Below are positions 40,401 through 53,800 of a stretch of 64,000 nt of DNA, piece after piece. Position 1 is the stretch's first letter; every line of letters begins with the position of its first letter. The stretch comes from Cycas panzhihuaensis. Lineage: Eukaryota > Plantae > Cycadophyta. A program made the translations under genes and the position numbers. The stretch spans positions 137,399,741 through 137,463,740 of the forward strand of contig CM041465.1 in NCBI GenBank assembly GCA_023213395.1, written 5' to 3'. The notes under the pieces were generated by a model that worked only from the letters and a program-made list of their open reading frames with translations, was not told where the DNA came from and did no database searches.

Positions 40401-42670
40401 TAATGCCTCAACAGATAGTGGCGTTGATCTATAGTCCATGAAGGACGGCCTTGCCTGGACTATAGGATCGACGAATGATGCAGTAGGTAGTGAATAAGGG
40501 ACGGATAGGGGTGATAAACCTATCCTCCTTGAGGAAATGCCCCTGCTGGAAGGGGCTTAAGGATAAGCACCTTGAAAGGGAGTTGGGTTCCTCATGGAAG
40601 GCAGAAAAGAGGCTATGCTAGATGGTGAAAAGGAGGGTGTGGAACCGGTTTTGTCTCAGAGGACACCCGTGGGTGGCGAACCCCATATGGATGTAGCAGG
40701 TCCAACTCATAAGCTGGAATATGATTCCCTTTACCCTGCCCCTAAGGTTAAGAAGTATAACCTGGGGATATGTAAAGAGAAGGACCATTGGATTGGTTTT
40801 GAGGATACGTGGGAGTGGGTCTCGCATGACTAATGGTAGTAGCTGCTAGCAGCCCCTAAACCTACTAGAAAACACATGTGCCACATTAGGAGGTGGCACA
40901 TTGGTTGACTGTAAAAGGTATGCTAACCCCAAGCTAGGAGAAAGACATACCTCGAGAGGGTCCCAAAGAGCTAGGACCATGACGAGGAACAGAAGGCGCA
41001 ACATGTGTCCCCAAAATGCTTTTATGGATGGAGGGACGAATGTGTAGGCACGAAAGGATTAGTCGTTAAGGAGGTGTAGATGCGATGAAGAAAGTGGGAG
41101 AGGAGCGACGAGGAAAACGCCCACCACGTAAAAGCATCTTCAAACCATCTAGGACAAGGTTGAAGACGAGCAACTGAAAGCACTTGTTAAGAGCTTCAAC
41201 CACGCCAGTAAGGGGTATCAACATGATCATAAGAAGTAGATGGACTTCAAATGAAGTAGACCCCTCGTGGAACTCCTCATAAGAATCACCAACCGGATGG
41301 TAAATCTCAAAGGAGATGGTCCTTCACCGTATGAGTAGAAGGATGGTGCTGGCGGGTGACATTGGTCACCCGGTAGTAATAGGATCGCCACCCTCTTGGG
41401 TGGATCTCGAATAGATGCGGAAACTCATGAGTTCCCAAGACCAAGGTGTGATAGGCCCAATCGAGGGGTATCCTTCCATGGTCGAATCGTAATCCTGATG
41501 AAAGAGGACGATATACCTAGGATCTTCTAACAATGGAGGTAAACCACATAGTAACGAGAGAAGCATCGCATACAAAGCTTGCCAACACTTTAGAAGAAGG
41601 AAAGAGCCATGAGTGCACGTTGGGGGCTGCCCAATGGAGGAGATAAAGAGAAAGGAACTACTAGAAGGTAGTAATATCAATAGGAAGGGATGAGAACTAG
41701 CTCCCATCGGCAAGTCCCTGATGGTCGCCATCGATGCGATCTACGGATAATCACCCACCGAGTAGAAATAGCGAGGATGATCGATAACGGCATCGAGGGT
41801 GCATAGAAACCCATGTTTAAGCGAGTACCATGCATGCGCCCCATGTGCTAGAGCGCGAGTTCGACCCGCTGATGATACCCAACTACTCGAGAGTGGTTCC
41901 CACCTTAAAGAGAAAGGGGGAAAGTGAGAGAAGTAGCCTGGATAGACTTAGGAAGAAAGTCCTCCCACCCTTGGATGGTCGAAAGGGGAGGAAGGAATTT
42001 CAAGGGTTTCCCTATGACTGAGGGAAACAAGTGGGAGTAAGGTGTTTATAGCCTATAAGGTGTTTAGATCTTCTGCTATTTGATCGAGCAAATAGAGCCG
42101 AGAAGAGGAGAAGGAGTGGAGTGGACAACAATCCCAAAATCTCCTTAATGATTCACCAGAAGGCGAGAGTGATGTGGCATATGCAAGCAAACAAAACCAA
42201 ATAAAGAAAACAAGCCAAAAGGGCAAGGATTGGTTTTAAGTCAAGAAAAGACGAAGGAAAAATCTCCAAAGTCTTTTCTCGTGAGTGAATGTGGTGCGAA
42301 TGTAAATATATAAATGCGAGTAAAGATATTAATTTCCTTTTCCCTTTATGTTTGACCTATTTAACTAATGCATAGACCACAACTAAAAGTAAGAAAAGGA
42401 AAGTGAGGACAAGAGGAAGAAGTACGCACCTGTGAGAGTAGCTACCGACAGAGACCTCGCTCATGCGCCACATACATCCTCTCCAAGCCCATAGATAATG
42501 GAGGGGCTTCTTACCTTCCTCATGAAAGGAAAAAAGAAAGGAAACAAAATGAAAGCAAAGAGCAAACACACAAGAGACCTTACCTGATCTAAGTGCTTGA
42601 CACCTTTGAGAGCACCAAGAACCTGCACATGCACAAACCTATCCCTTCCAAGAAGGGGCTGCAAGAGACA
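37490..42670 (-). mobile_element. Gypsy deletion derivative: putative 5' LTR (42670 to about 41885), PBS-like site, gag, protease and integrase C-terminus; RT/RNaseH not seen
   Basis: gag homologous to 406..1413 at 39900-40450. Protease VNLMLLRVMQELGI..DYNLLLDRPW at 38600-38850. GPF/Y-like WPFVIVE at 37500-37730. PBS-like tgggtatcatcagc near 41875. Confidence 0.75.
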
Positions 42671-44460
42671 ATCTATATAAGCTTTATGTGAGTACGATAT
42701 ACACTGGCAATTGTAATTTGGCTATTATAGAAAGTAGTAATAATGTAGGTAGGACCTAAGTATCACTTGTTCGTAAAACTATCTTGTGGCATCAAAGATT
42801 AGGCCATATTAGAGAGAAAAGCCCCTATAATTTATTCTTCAAAGGTATGGTTGAAGACATCCCTGAAATTTATGGCTTATTATATAACCACTAGTGGTTG
42901 GCAGAACTCTTGAGAATGTACTCTTTGTTAGTAAGAAGTAGATGTTAATGCTCGTAATTAAAATGTGTATGTAGGTCACTTGGGGCTACTAATGGAAATA
43001 AAGGCCTAATGCCTCTTCGATGAGATCCATTTTCTAAATGGCTAATTTGCCTATTTAAGGCCCTATGGATATGAAAGAAGATTAGTTTGTGAACGTGAAA
43101 TTACTATTGCCCTTTAGTATGATCTTTTAATATATATTTTAGTGTTTATTTATACTGCTTTTCTATGTTCTATTTTCTATTTATGTATAAAGACAGACTA
43201 AGAGAACTATATTAAGTAGTATCATAGCTCAGTTATATAATAAATGGGAACTATAGAATAGGTAAAAATCAAGGAAATTTTTTCCCTCCAATATGATTAA
43301 GTACTTTCTTTACACAAGTAGAGATTGAGAAAAGATCACCTCCCAAGATTTCTCTATAGGGATATTGAGGAATAAAATCACAAGATTCAAGACTCATAAA
43401 GGAGAGAAAATTTTATTTCCCCTTAGTAATGCTCAACACCTTTTCTTTGAATTTGATTTAGTTCAGTTCAATTTTATTTCAATTACAATACCTATATTGT
43501 TAGTCCAAGGGTAGATAACTCCACTTAGCAGCTATCCTTTTCCCTTTTGATCCTCATTCCTAGGTAGATAACTTTGTGTAGCAACTACTTAAAGTAGTTA
43601 AATAGAGACCCTATACTAGCAGTCTATAAAAATCATAATGATCTTTCATTCAGGCTAAGCATAATGTGAGTTTTCTACCCTTTACATGAAGGACTAGAGA
43701 TAACGCCTCGAATTAAGCCTTATAAACAAAACTTAGCTATAGAATTGAGCCCATGTACCTTTGGGCATAGAGGAGGATCCCTTTAGGTCTTGAATCCTTC
43801 TTAATGTAGACAACTTATTGGTCCCTAAAGTCTTGTAGTGTATTAGTTGGCAATTAGTGCCATGAAGCTACCGCCTACATTCTACATAAAAAAATATTAA
43901 TATGCTTATAAGACCAAGTACGCCTTTTCTAGTGGTTGGTAGGATACCTTGTTACTACTCACATCATGCTTACAATATTCTACTTCTTACTTAAGATCTA
44001 AATACAGAGGATAATAGACCTTTAATTGATAACTTCACATGCTAAACATAACCATGTAAGTAACAATCTATCAATAACAATTCTAGCTCACAAAGAAAAA
44101 ATAACTACCAATAGTTAGATTTATTAAAAGAAAGTAATTTCCTACTCTACTGAGAATTCTAATTTTTAAAATACTTCCTAGATTTGAAAACAACTAACAC
44201 AATTAGATTTAGGTTTTTATTAAAAAAAAATGTCTATAATATAAAAATACCTAGGGTATTATGTCATGCTGATCATTTTTCATTAGGGTAGTTTTAACTT
44301 AAAATTTTAGGGTATAATGTTATATAGGCATCTATGGGACCCATTGCCCAAAAATTTCACTTAAGACCCACCTATCCTACTTTAACGAGCTTCTCATGCT
44401 TGTTTTGGTATACTAGGTAAATCTATTATACTTTTAGGGTCAATAGGCTATAAACACCTT
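42671..44460 (+). other. RLK-motif mosaic island M (non-coding)
   Basis: LAELL/ENVLF (42898-42926), RRLVCE, PKIS (43342-43353), YRDI (43355-43366), AVYK, DLSF, LHEG, TFG, VGYL (43939-43950), NILL (43974-43985), SNNLS, RPT, FGIL (44404-44415), GSIGY (44437-44451). Confidence 0.62.
42781..42870 (+). mobile_element. Isolated copia GAG-pre-integrase fragment, about 90 bp
   Basis: ILWHQRLGHIREKS...KGMVEDIP. Confidence 0.7.
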
Positions 44461-47400
44461 ACAACTATACCCCCCACTTATCATTCCCTCACTTAACTCC
44501 TAACCTCTTTAGTAGTCCACCCCATGGATGACCACGCTTCGAGAAGACGAGGGAGAGGAGTAGAAGGAGTGGGATCAGAGCTGTGGACCCACCATTAGAT
44601 ATACCCAAGGGATTTTTAAGAGTTAAGGGGTCCTCAGGAGAAACAATAAGAAGCTCCCTCACTTCATCGCCCGCAGAGGGCAACAAAGTGGAAGATAGAG
44701 TGATATGGGGATTGCATGATTGGTAGGAGTGATGATATGTGATCCAAGAGGAAAGTTGGTCTCCTTAATAGGAGAAAGTTCAAGTCCGGACCTAGAATGA
44801 ATAGAGTGCCTCCTACTTGCATTTAGGAGGGATATGGGATGAGGAAGGTCCTCATCCTCGCCATTGATCTGCTGTCACTAAGCACGAGATACCCATAGCT
44901 CCCTACGCCAATAGAGACGAAATAGATGAGATTTAAGGAAGAAGAGGAGGGACCTTCTCCCAAGCTAGATGAGCCAGAATATCAATAGAGCAAGCGTAAT
45001 GGGCAATAGATCCTGTCACAAGCCGCTTGACAAGGTTGGCGGGTTTGTTTGGTGGGAGGAGGCTCGAGAGATAACCTTCATTTACCCTTCATGGACGAAT
45101 TTAAGTCGTCCCCAATGAGAGAAGCACACAACTCCCATTTGGTTGATCCATGGATGTCCCAACAAAAGGTTGTATTTGATGTCGACGCCGAGAACTACAA
45201 TGTCAGTCAGGATTGTTTTGTCCTCGAGGGTGAGTGGAATGGACACTGATCCTAAAGGTGTCATTTTGCTACCATTGTAACCTCGACATCGCCATGGAAC
45301 TAGCTCTAGAGCTAATATGCCAAGCTCTTGCATGACGGTAAGGGCATAACATTGATGGAAGAACCATTGTCCACAACAGTTCTTCGAAGAGTGCAGTCAG
45401 GAGTATCAATAGTTATGGTGAAGGGATAGTGCCATTGGCATTCCCTTTCACCTGCTGGAGGAAGATCCTCGGGGTCAAGGAGATGGCAGTTTCGTGGCTT
45501 AGAGCAGTGCCTAAAGCGTGAATGGACGTGTCACCCAATCCCAAGGCTTCTAAGAGAACTTACACTGTTCAGGACAGCTCCTCAAGACGTCCATTATGGA
45601 CATCCCCGCGGCCATAGTGTGAAGCTTGTCGACAACAAAGAAGCACTTCCCCTTCACGGTAGGATGGGGAAGGGCCCTTCAAAAGTCGTAATGACCAAGG
45701 CACACAAGAATAGTCTTGGGGAGCGCAGGGACTTCCAGAGGAGGGATTTTTAGAAGGGAATCAATGCGAGGTATGGAAGAAGAGGCGTTGTTTGCCTCTT
45801 TAGCCGCTTGAGACTGGGTTAAGGTGTATAATGGCGTGGTCTCGAGCATCGAAATGACTCTCTTTCCCTTGTCTCGGGATCGAGAGGATGAAGGAGTGTG
45901 ATAATCGGGGGAACCATAAGGAGAGGACAAATCCCTTGTACCCTTCCCTTTGGCTTGCAAAGGGCGAGGCTTTGGGGACCTCCCTCTATTTTGGTTACCC
46001 TTTGTTGGTTATTGCAATGACGCTTCTCATGTTTAGGAAAAGATCCTTGTGGATGGCCGGGTCTAGGTTTGGCCTAAATGCCTGCTTTGGGAGAAGAATC
46101 ACGCTATGGCGGCTCTAGGGTGCCGGGCCCAAGATTGTGAATCTTCAGAGAAATACTCTCCATGGATGGAACACAATTTCTTTTCTAGGAGGAATCGAGC
46201 TTTCTCATTTGAAAAGATTAGGTGTTACCCTCGAGGGGAGCAGCTGAGAGGCCTAGTGAACTGGGTTTATGAGAGGTGGGGATGAAGGGGCTTGGAGTTT
46301 AAGCTCTTTCATGGTACATTCGAATGAGCATATAGTGGAGGTGAGAGGATCCAAGGTCTTCTATTGGATGGGAAGAAGACCTAAGGTGCTATTGGACTTT
46401 AGTCTCATAGAGTGGTGGAGGTGCCTCACACCGCCAGGAGGGCTTGAGAGGCTTCGAGACCCGCTGATCTCAATAGCCTCGAGCACCAAGTGCTTGGCTA
46501 CGGTGGAGTCACACATTATTGCCCCATTTTAAGGATTTCAATGTACACTTCAGGCAAAGGGTGTTGATAAAGAGGTCTTGCTCAGCCCTTAGTAAGGTTG
46601 CCTTGGTGGAGTGAAGCAGGTCATGGAAGCATCTCACAAAGTCACGATTCATCTCATCATGACCTTGTTTAAGAGATATAAGGGCTTTCATTTGGCTTTG
46701 GAAAGGACGAGCTATATCAAAATAATTGACGAATTCATCCACGAGTTGTTGGAATGAAAAGATAGAATGTGCTGGCAGGTGATAGAACCACTTAAGGGCA
46801 TTGCCTTGAAGAGATTGTGGGAAGAGTTTCATAAGGATATGGTCATAAGCCCAATAATCGATACATGCCATAGAAAAGCTATGGACATGCTCCGTTGGGT
46901 CTTGCGATGAGGTTCCATCAAATTTGGGAACCTTGAGAGGGTGAGGTGGTAAGTTGGTCCTTAGCACCTCAATAAATAGGGGTGTCGATCTATAGTCCAT
47001 AAAGGGGCGTGCCCTTGACTGGACCATAGGATCGATGAGAGATGGAAGACGAGGTAGACAAGGTTGCCCAAATCCTCCTTGGGGAATTTGATTCGAAAGG
47101 GGATATTGGTCTCCTCCGGCTTGATGAGAAGACACTAGTCCCACATTCAAGGAATATACATAGGAGCAGATGGGGGTGAAGGACCCATCCCTCCTTGAGG
47201 AAATACCCCTTGTTGGAAAGGAGCCTGAGAGAAGGCACCTTGGGAGAGAACTTTCCCTCCTTGCAAAGGTGCAACATGAGGTGTGACATGGGAGGATGGA
47301 AAAGAGGGGTGTAGAATTGGGGTTTTGCCTATATGGGCCGCCCGTGGGTGGTGTGACCCTATATGGGTGCAAAGGGTCCATCCCATAAGCTGAAAGGGAG

Positions 47401-47875
47401 CTTTCCTTGCTGTGCTCCTACGGTTGAGAGATGTAACCTAAGGGCACGAAAGGAGGGATCCCTAGGTTGAACTTGGGAGTGTGGGGACGGCCCCACATGG
47501 CTAGAAGTAGGGTGCATGCAGTCCCTTAGATCCAATAGGTGGATATACTATAGTCGGTAGAGGTGTAGTCATTTGACTAGAAGGGGCATGCTCAACCCAA
47601 GTTAGGAAGAGGATATGTTTGGGTGGTCCTCAAGGGCCATGCACTATGAGGAGAGGAAGATGAGGCAAAAGATAAACCCATCGTAGGTAGAGGAGTTAAA
47701 CGGGATGGACGAGGTAAGGTAGATGTAGAGGAAGGAGGCGCAACGCTTCGCAAGATGCTCTCACACCACTTGGGATGTGGTTGGGGGCGGGGACCAACCA
47801 CATAGTGTATATAATCACATCCATTCAATGGGATGGATGTGAGAACCAAGTTAGTGAATTCCAACGGTTCCTAAT
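44460..47875 (-). mobile_element. Gypsy gag-protease remnant (longer view of the element at 1-1910)
   Basis: gag at 46385-47386 (frameshifted). Protease VVDNGSSINVMPL..MQELGI..YNLLLGHPW at 45080-45400. Confidence 0.85.
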
Positions 47876-50800
47876 CCGCATCGCTGACCACTGTAATCAA
47901 TGGACCTTATATGATGTAATTTTAACTATTGTCTAATGAAATAAAAAGAGTTATGTGAACAATTGTGTGTACTTATTATGGAATGCATGTGAATTGTGGA
48001 CTTATATGGATGATTAACTAAAGAATATGTATGTTGACCACCTGCACACACCCTAGACTATAGTGGAAAAGCCTCGACAAGTGCAGAACTGCAGTAGGAA
48101 GTAGATCTCTTAGTCAACGCTTATACTGAACATGTCTGTTGTAATTGAGTGAGATGACAGAAGTAATCTGTATTCCAAGTGTTCTTGTATTGCTCTATGA
48201 GGTTTGTTTTAGGAATGTTAATTGTTGCCCATTGCCTTCTTGCATGTTCTTCTACCAATGGAACCATTGAAGTTACTTATCACATAAAGGGAGAGATGCT
48301 ATTAAGGCTTACTCTTGATCGTGTAGGGTGTATGCCTAGAAGTAGATTTCCACCTGGAGTATCCAACTGTGAATATCTCTTGATTTGTTAGGACCATTTA
48401 AGAAAAAAAAAAATTGTCCCTTTGATGCCATTTTTTGGTTCAAAATCCTTGCTAGTGGTCCCTTTGGTTCTTTTGTTCATAGAATTCTTCTTTAAACTCC
48501 CAACAATCTTTGTGTTTCTGAGATTTATCTTGTCTTCAAGTTTCTCCTTCTTCTTTAATCTTGTCCAACCTCTTGCTTATGTTGTTGAGTGAATTCTTGA
48601 GGTCATTTAGGTTCCTTCTAAATGTGTGTCCATGCTTTATATCTTATCATTCATTTGGTCGACCTTTTATCTATGTCTCCTATTGTTACTAATGGTATTC
48701 ACTATCTTGTTTTGTTAAAGAGTCCTTCCCGACCTTAGTTCCGTTTGAAAGGAAGTTGGGTAAGGAAAGAAAAGGAGGATATCATTTCCTTATTTTCACT
48801 TTGACTTCCTTTGTTATAATAAAGTTGAATCTCCTTCAGAATGACTTTTAACGAACCTCTAATACCGCTTGTAGCAATGCCATAAACCAAATTTATCGAA
48901 AACTAGGAAAATAGTGTGTAATATACATAAAGAATGCAAGCCATCTAATATTTGATATCACACAAGAGAGTACTTAACTAATAGATAAATTAAGCTTTAA
49001 TATCAATTTCGAATATAATAAATGCTATGTACAAATTACGTAAAAAATCACCAGATTCTATCTTTCTTCAAGGCAAGGTTCCTCCCAAATTGTAGCCCTA
49101 AAGGCCAAAATGCAAAGAACCACTATTCACTTTGGATGCCCTAGGAAGAGGCCCAAGATCCTTATAAATAGGCGGCACAAATGGTGCTAAGTAACTCGAC
49201 CAAAAGGAGGATGGAAGTAAGCTAGAATAATCATTCAAAGTTGGTTAGAATACATTTTGAAGTTGGCCAAAAAATAAGGTAATTCCTACTCACTTTAAGT
49301 CAGATAAACAACTCCTTAGAAGTTGACTAGATAGGAGGAAAGGAATGCTACATAGGTCTTCATTATATCCATAGCCTCTCATCATTTGCTAATGAGCTTA
49401 TATAGAGTGAAACATGTTCTAATTACACAATATACAATTTGAGTTGTTAATGGAAGACTCTTTTGCAATGTTCTATTAAATCTCTTTTGAATCTCTCATG
49501 TGCTTTATTGCATCTATTGTTTGCTCACTTTATTAAATATTTTGCTCGCACTTTTCCTCTAAGTAATATGCATTGCTCATTATATTTTCCTCTCCTAAAC
49601 AAGATGTTCTATTTGAGTCTAAGCTATCATAAACCAACACAACAAGATCTTTCAAGACATTCCAAAAGGGCAATAGAGTTAATGAGCATGCAATACAGTT
49701 AATACTAGGAGTTGCACTAGTCAACATCTGACCTTACAGACAGCCACACCACTTCAAGAAGGAAATACAACAAATCGCCAAGAATTTGTTACAACAAGGA
49801 GCTATTGTGGCCAATTCCAGTCCTTTTCTATCACCAGTTATTTTGATCAAAAAGAAGGATGGGTTGCATCAGATGTGTGCTCACTATCTTGCTCTCAACA
49901 AGTTAATAATCAAGAATAGGTGTCCAATGCTATGGATTGACGTTTTGTGAGATGAACTACATGGTGCTAAGAACATCTCTAGGATTGATCTTACTTCAAA
50001 GACATGCATAAAACAACTTTATAGACACATCAAGGCTTATTTGAGTTTTGGGTGATACCATTTGGGCTGGTTAATGAATCAATAACATTCCAATGCACCA
50101 TGAACATGGTGGTTAAACCATTTATCAAGAAACTTGCCCTACTATTCTTCAATGACATTTTGATTTATAGCCAAACATTAGACAAATACTTGGAGCATTT
50201 GTAGGAAGTTTTGCAAGTCTTGGAAGAAAACCAATTCTTCACAAATAAATCCAAATCCACCTTTGGACAAATAGAACTAGAATATTTGGGGCATATCATC
50301 ACCCAAGACAGAGTAAAGAAGGATCCTAAAAAAAGTCCAAGCCATCGTGAATTTGCCCACGTCAAATAATATTGCAAGTGCCAGATATTTTTTGGGGGCA
50401 GTTGGATTTTTGTGACACTTCATAAAAGGATATGCAATCATAATAGCACCATTAACGAGTCTCACAAAGAAGGGAGCTTTCATATGGCACCAACCAGTAG
50501 AACAAGCTTTCCAAGGATTGAAGAATGCCATGCTCACTACCCTGTTTTAGCTACACAAGACGTAAGAGAACCGTTTGTTTTGGAATGTGATGCATAAGGA
50601 GCGGGATTAGAAGCAATTGGGCTTTAGAACAAGCAACCCATAGCTAAAGTCGAGACTAAATACAAGAAAACAACTAAAACATATTTACAACAAGGAAATG
50701 CTTACAATTATGCATGCCATCCACCAATGGCAACAATACTTAGTAAGGAGCAAATTCTTCACAAGACTAAACATGACAGACTTAAGTATTTCTTGAATCA

Positions 50801-53800
50801 AAGGGTTTTATCAAACAAGCAACAAAAATGGGTAAGCAAATTGCAAGCTTTCAACTTTGGTATCATCTACAAGAAAGGGAAAGAGAATGTGGTGGTAGAT
50901 CCACTAACTAGGAATCCAAAGCAACCCACCCTTTGGGCAATTTCAATAGCCACACATAGTTGGACACACGAGTTGGCACAATAATACTAGAAAGATCGAG
51001 GGCACAACATATACTCTAAAAAATCCAAGCAAGAACACAAATGAAATACAGATTATGGACTGATTTAATTTTGCATAGGGGGAAGATCTTTGTCCCTCAT
51101 ACATCAACACTCGAGGAGAAGTTCATTCAAGAAGTTCATGTGACACCATTATTAGGGCATAGGGATCGACAAAATGTATTTCCAAGTCCATAATATATTT
51201 TTCTCAAAAAGTTTGAAAGTAGATGTCTACAAGTGTGTATTAGAATGTGACACTTGTCAAAGAACAATAGCGAAAATATTAGAATTCTAAGATCACTTTA
51301 CCTGTTACATATACTAGAACAAAAATGGGAGGAAATATCAATGGATTTTATAATAAGTCTACTGAGATAAGGAAGTAAGGACTTGTTATTTATAGTAGTG
51401 GATCAATTGGCTAAGTATACACACTTTAGAGGTACTCAGTCCATAGTTAAGGCTAGTCAGATTGTCAATCTATTTATTAAAGAATTTTGCGCATCATGTG
51501 GTTTTCCCAAAGTGATAGTAAGTGATCTAATCTAAAATTCATGAACAACTTTTGACATGAGATGTTCCACCAGGGAGGTACTAAGCTCACAATAAGCATA
51601 GCCTATCATCCACAAATAGAAGCAGTGAATAAATGTTTGGAAGGCTATCTTCTAACTTTTCACCTAATAAGTAACAACATTAGCATAAGTGGTTATGTCC
51701 AATTGAATGGTGGTACGATACCACCTATCACACCTTGGTCAAGATGACTCTTTTAGGCATTATATGGTTATGAACCCCTATCTCTCCTCCCATGGGCCAA
51801 TAACTCCTTGTACTTATTGTATAGGACCAACAACAATAGTTGGCTCAGATAGTACAAATTTTGAAGGACTATTTTAACTTAGCAAGGAACCATATGCAAT
51901 TAAAAGTTGATTTGCATATATTAGAAAGGCTGTTTGACAAAGGAGGTGGGTTTTTTAACGCTCAACTATATACACAATTTACGCTAAAGCAGGCAAGGAG
52001 GTTTAAATTGTGGCCACAATTTTATGGGCCTTATTAGATCTTGGAGAACGTACAAGAGGTAGCCTACCAACTTGATCTACTACTTAACAACAAAGTGCAC
52101 AATGTATTGCACGTCTCTTGTGACAATACTTCCCATGATAATCAAGACAATACTTCCCATATTAGACGAAGAAGGATAGTTTACTATAGAACCTGAAGCC
52201 ATTATCCATATTCAAACTAAGCAGCTTTGCTCTAAGAAGATTTGTGAGTATTTGATAAGGTGGAGAGGCCTCAACAAGGAAGATGCCACGTGGGAATCTG
52301 AAGCATGGTACCAACAACATTCTCACATTTCCATGTTTTGAAGGCAAAACATGTTTTCAACAGGGAGAACTTGTAGCATTTCTTTTGAATGCATAACTAG
52401 GCTCTACTCTTAATATTTTGTTCTTTATTTTTCTCTCTTAATTTTGGTTGGATGCCTTTCTCAAAACTAACTTCTATTTTTAAATTTTACTTCACCTGTA
52501 TATGGGGCATCCTATCCCTATTGTAAGGCATCATTAGAAGATTATCCAATTTGCTATTTTCAGCCCTACCTGGGATTTGTTTTGGGAGGACACCCCATGT
52601 TGAAAAGGGGACGATTGTGGTGTTCAATAATTGTAAGTTTTGGACATTTTATAAATAATATTGAACTATTATTATTGTCTTTGTGATTAGTAATTTTAAT
52701 TAATCTTTGAGATTTGGTTATTTCACTTTAGCAATTGTCATCATATCACATGGTATATTTGGATTTGCTTTGCTAAATAGCATAAGATCTGTGTGTTTCA
52801 ATTGTTTTCATATGAATGCCCACTATGATTCCTATAGATTGCCTTTGTGTTAAAGAGTTTGCCCTAGTCATATGAGAAGTTTGTCATAGTTTGACAATAG
52901 CTGAGAAACTCCGCACAATCACTTTTAATGAACTTGAGGGTTTGCTATTACAACAAGAGTAGTTGTTGAAAGAAAGTAATAAAGACAAAACATTTGGTGC
53001 ATATGCAATAAAGTACAAAGGGCATAAGCTCTTTATTTAGAAGGAGAATGTTGCTCCCAAGGAACATAATGCTTAGAAGAAGTGTCTTAAGTTCTTTAAA
53101 GGGCTAGGTAAATCAAGAGTATGTTATTACTATGGTAGACCTAGGCACTTTAAAAAAGACCGTAGAAAGTTGTAATATGATTAATAGAAATAGTATGATT
53201 AGTTGAAATAGCAAAAGAAACAATGGTTTGGTTCTTTTTTTGGTCATTCTTCAAGTAAGGATGAAAAGGAATGACTCTTCATACCAATTTAATAGTTGAG
53301 GTATAATTTTGATGAAGCTTGTTATATTGATTCAAGTGTTGCTAGACACATGGCATACAAGTTAGAATGGTTTAGACACGTGTGGGAGGCTAAAAGTCAA
53401 TTTGTTATACTTGGTGATGACTCCATACTACAAGCTGAAGGAATTGGCTTGGTCTTTATAATTACACCAAGTGGTGAGAGTACTTACATCAATGACATTT
53501 TGTGTGTACCTAGACTAATGAAGGATATGATCTTTATTAGTCAAATTAAGAAAAATAACATGAGTGTTCATTTTGAACATGGCAAATATATAATCAAAGA
53601 TAGGAATGGAAAAGTTGTAGCAATAGGTATAGAAGAAGATGGCCTTTATAAGTCAAAAGGCAGAAATGTGAATCAAAGAGCATTTACTACTAATATAACT
53701 CAAGAATCATTCACTTAGATGCATGGGACATTTGAATTAGTCTTGTATTTGGTTGATGCTTAAATTGAATATGATACATGGCTTACCAAGACTTGAAATT

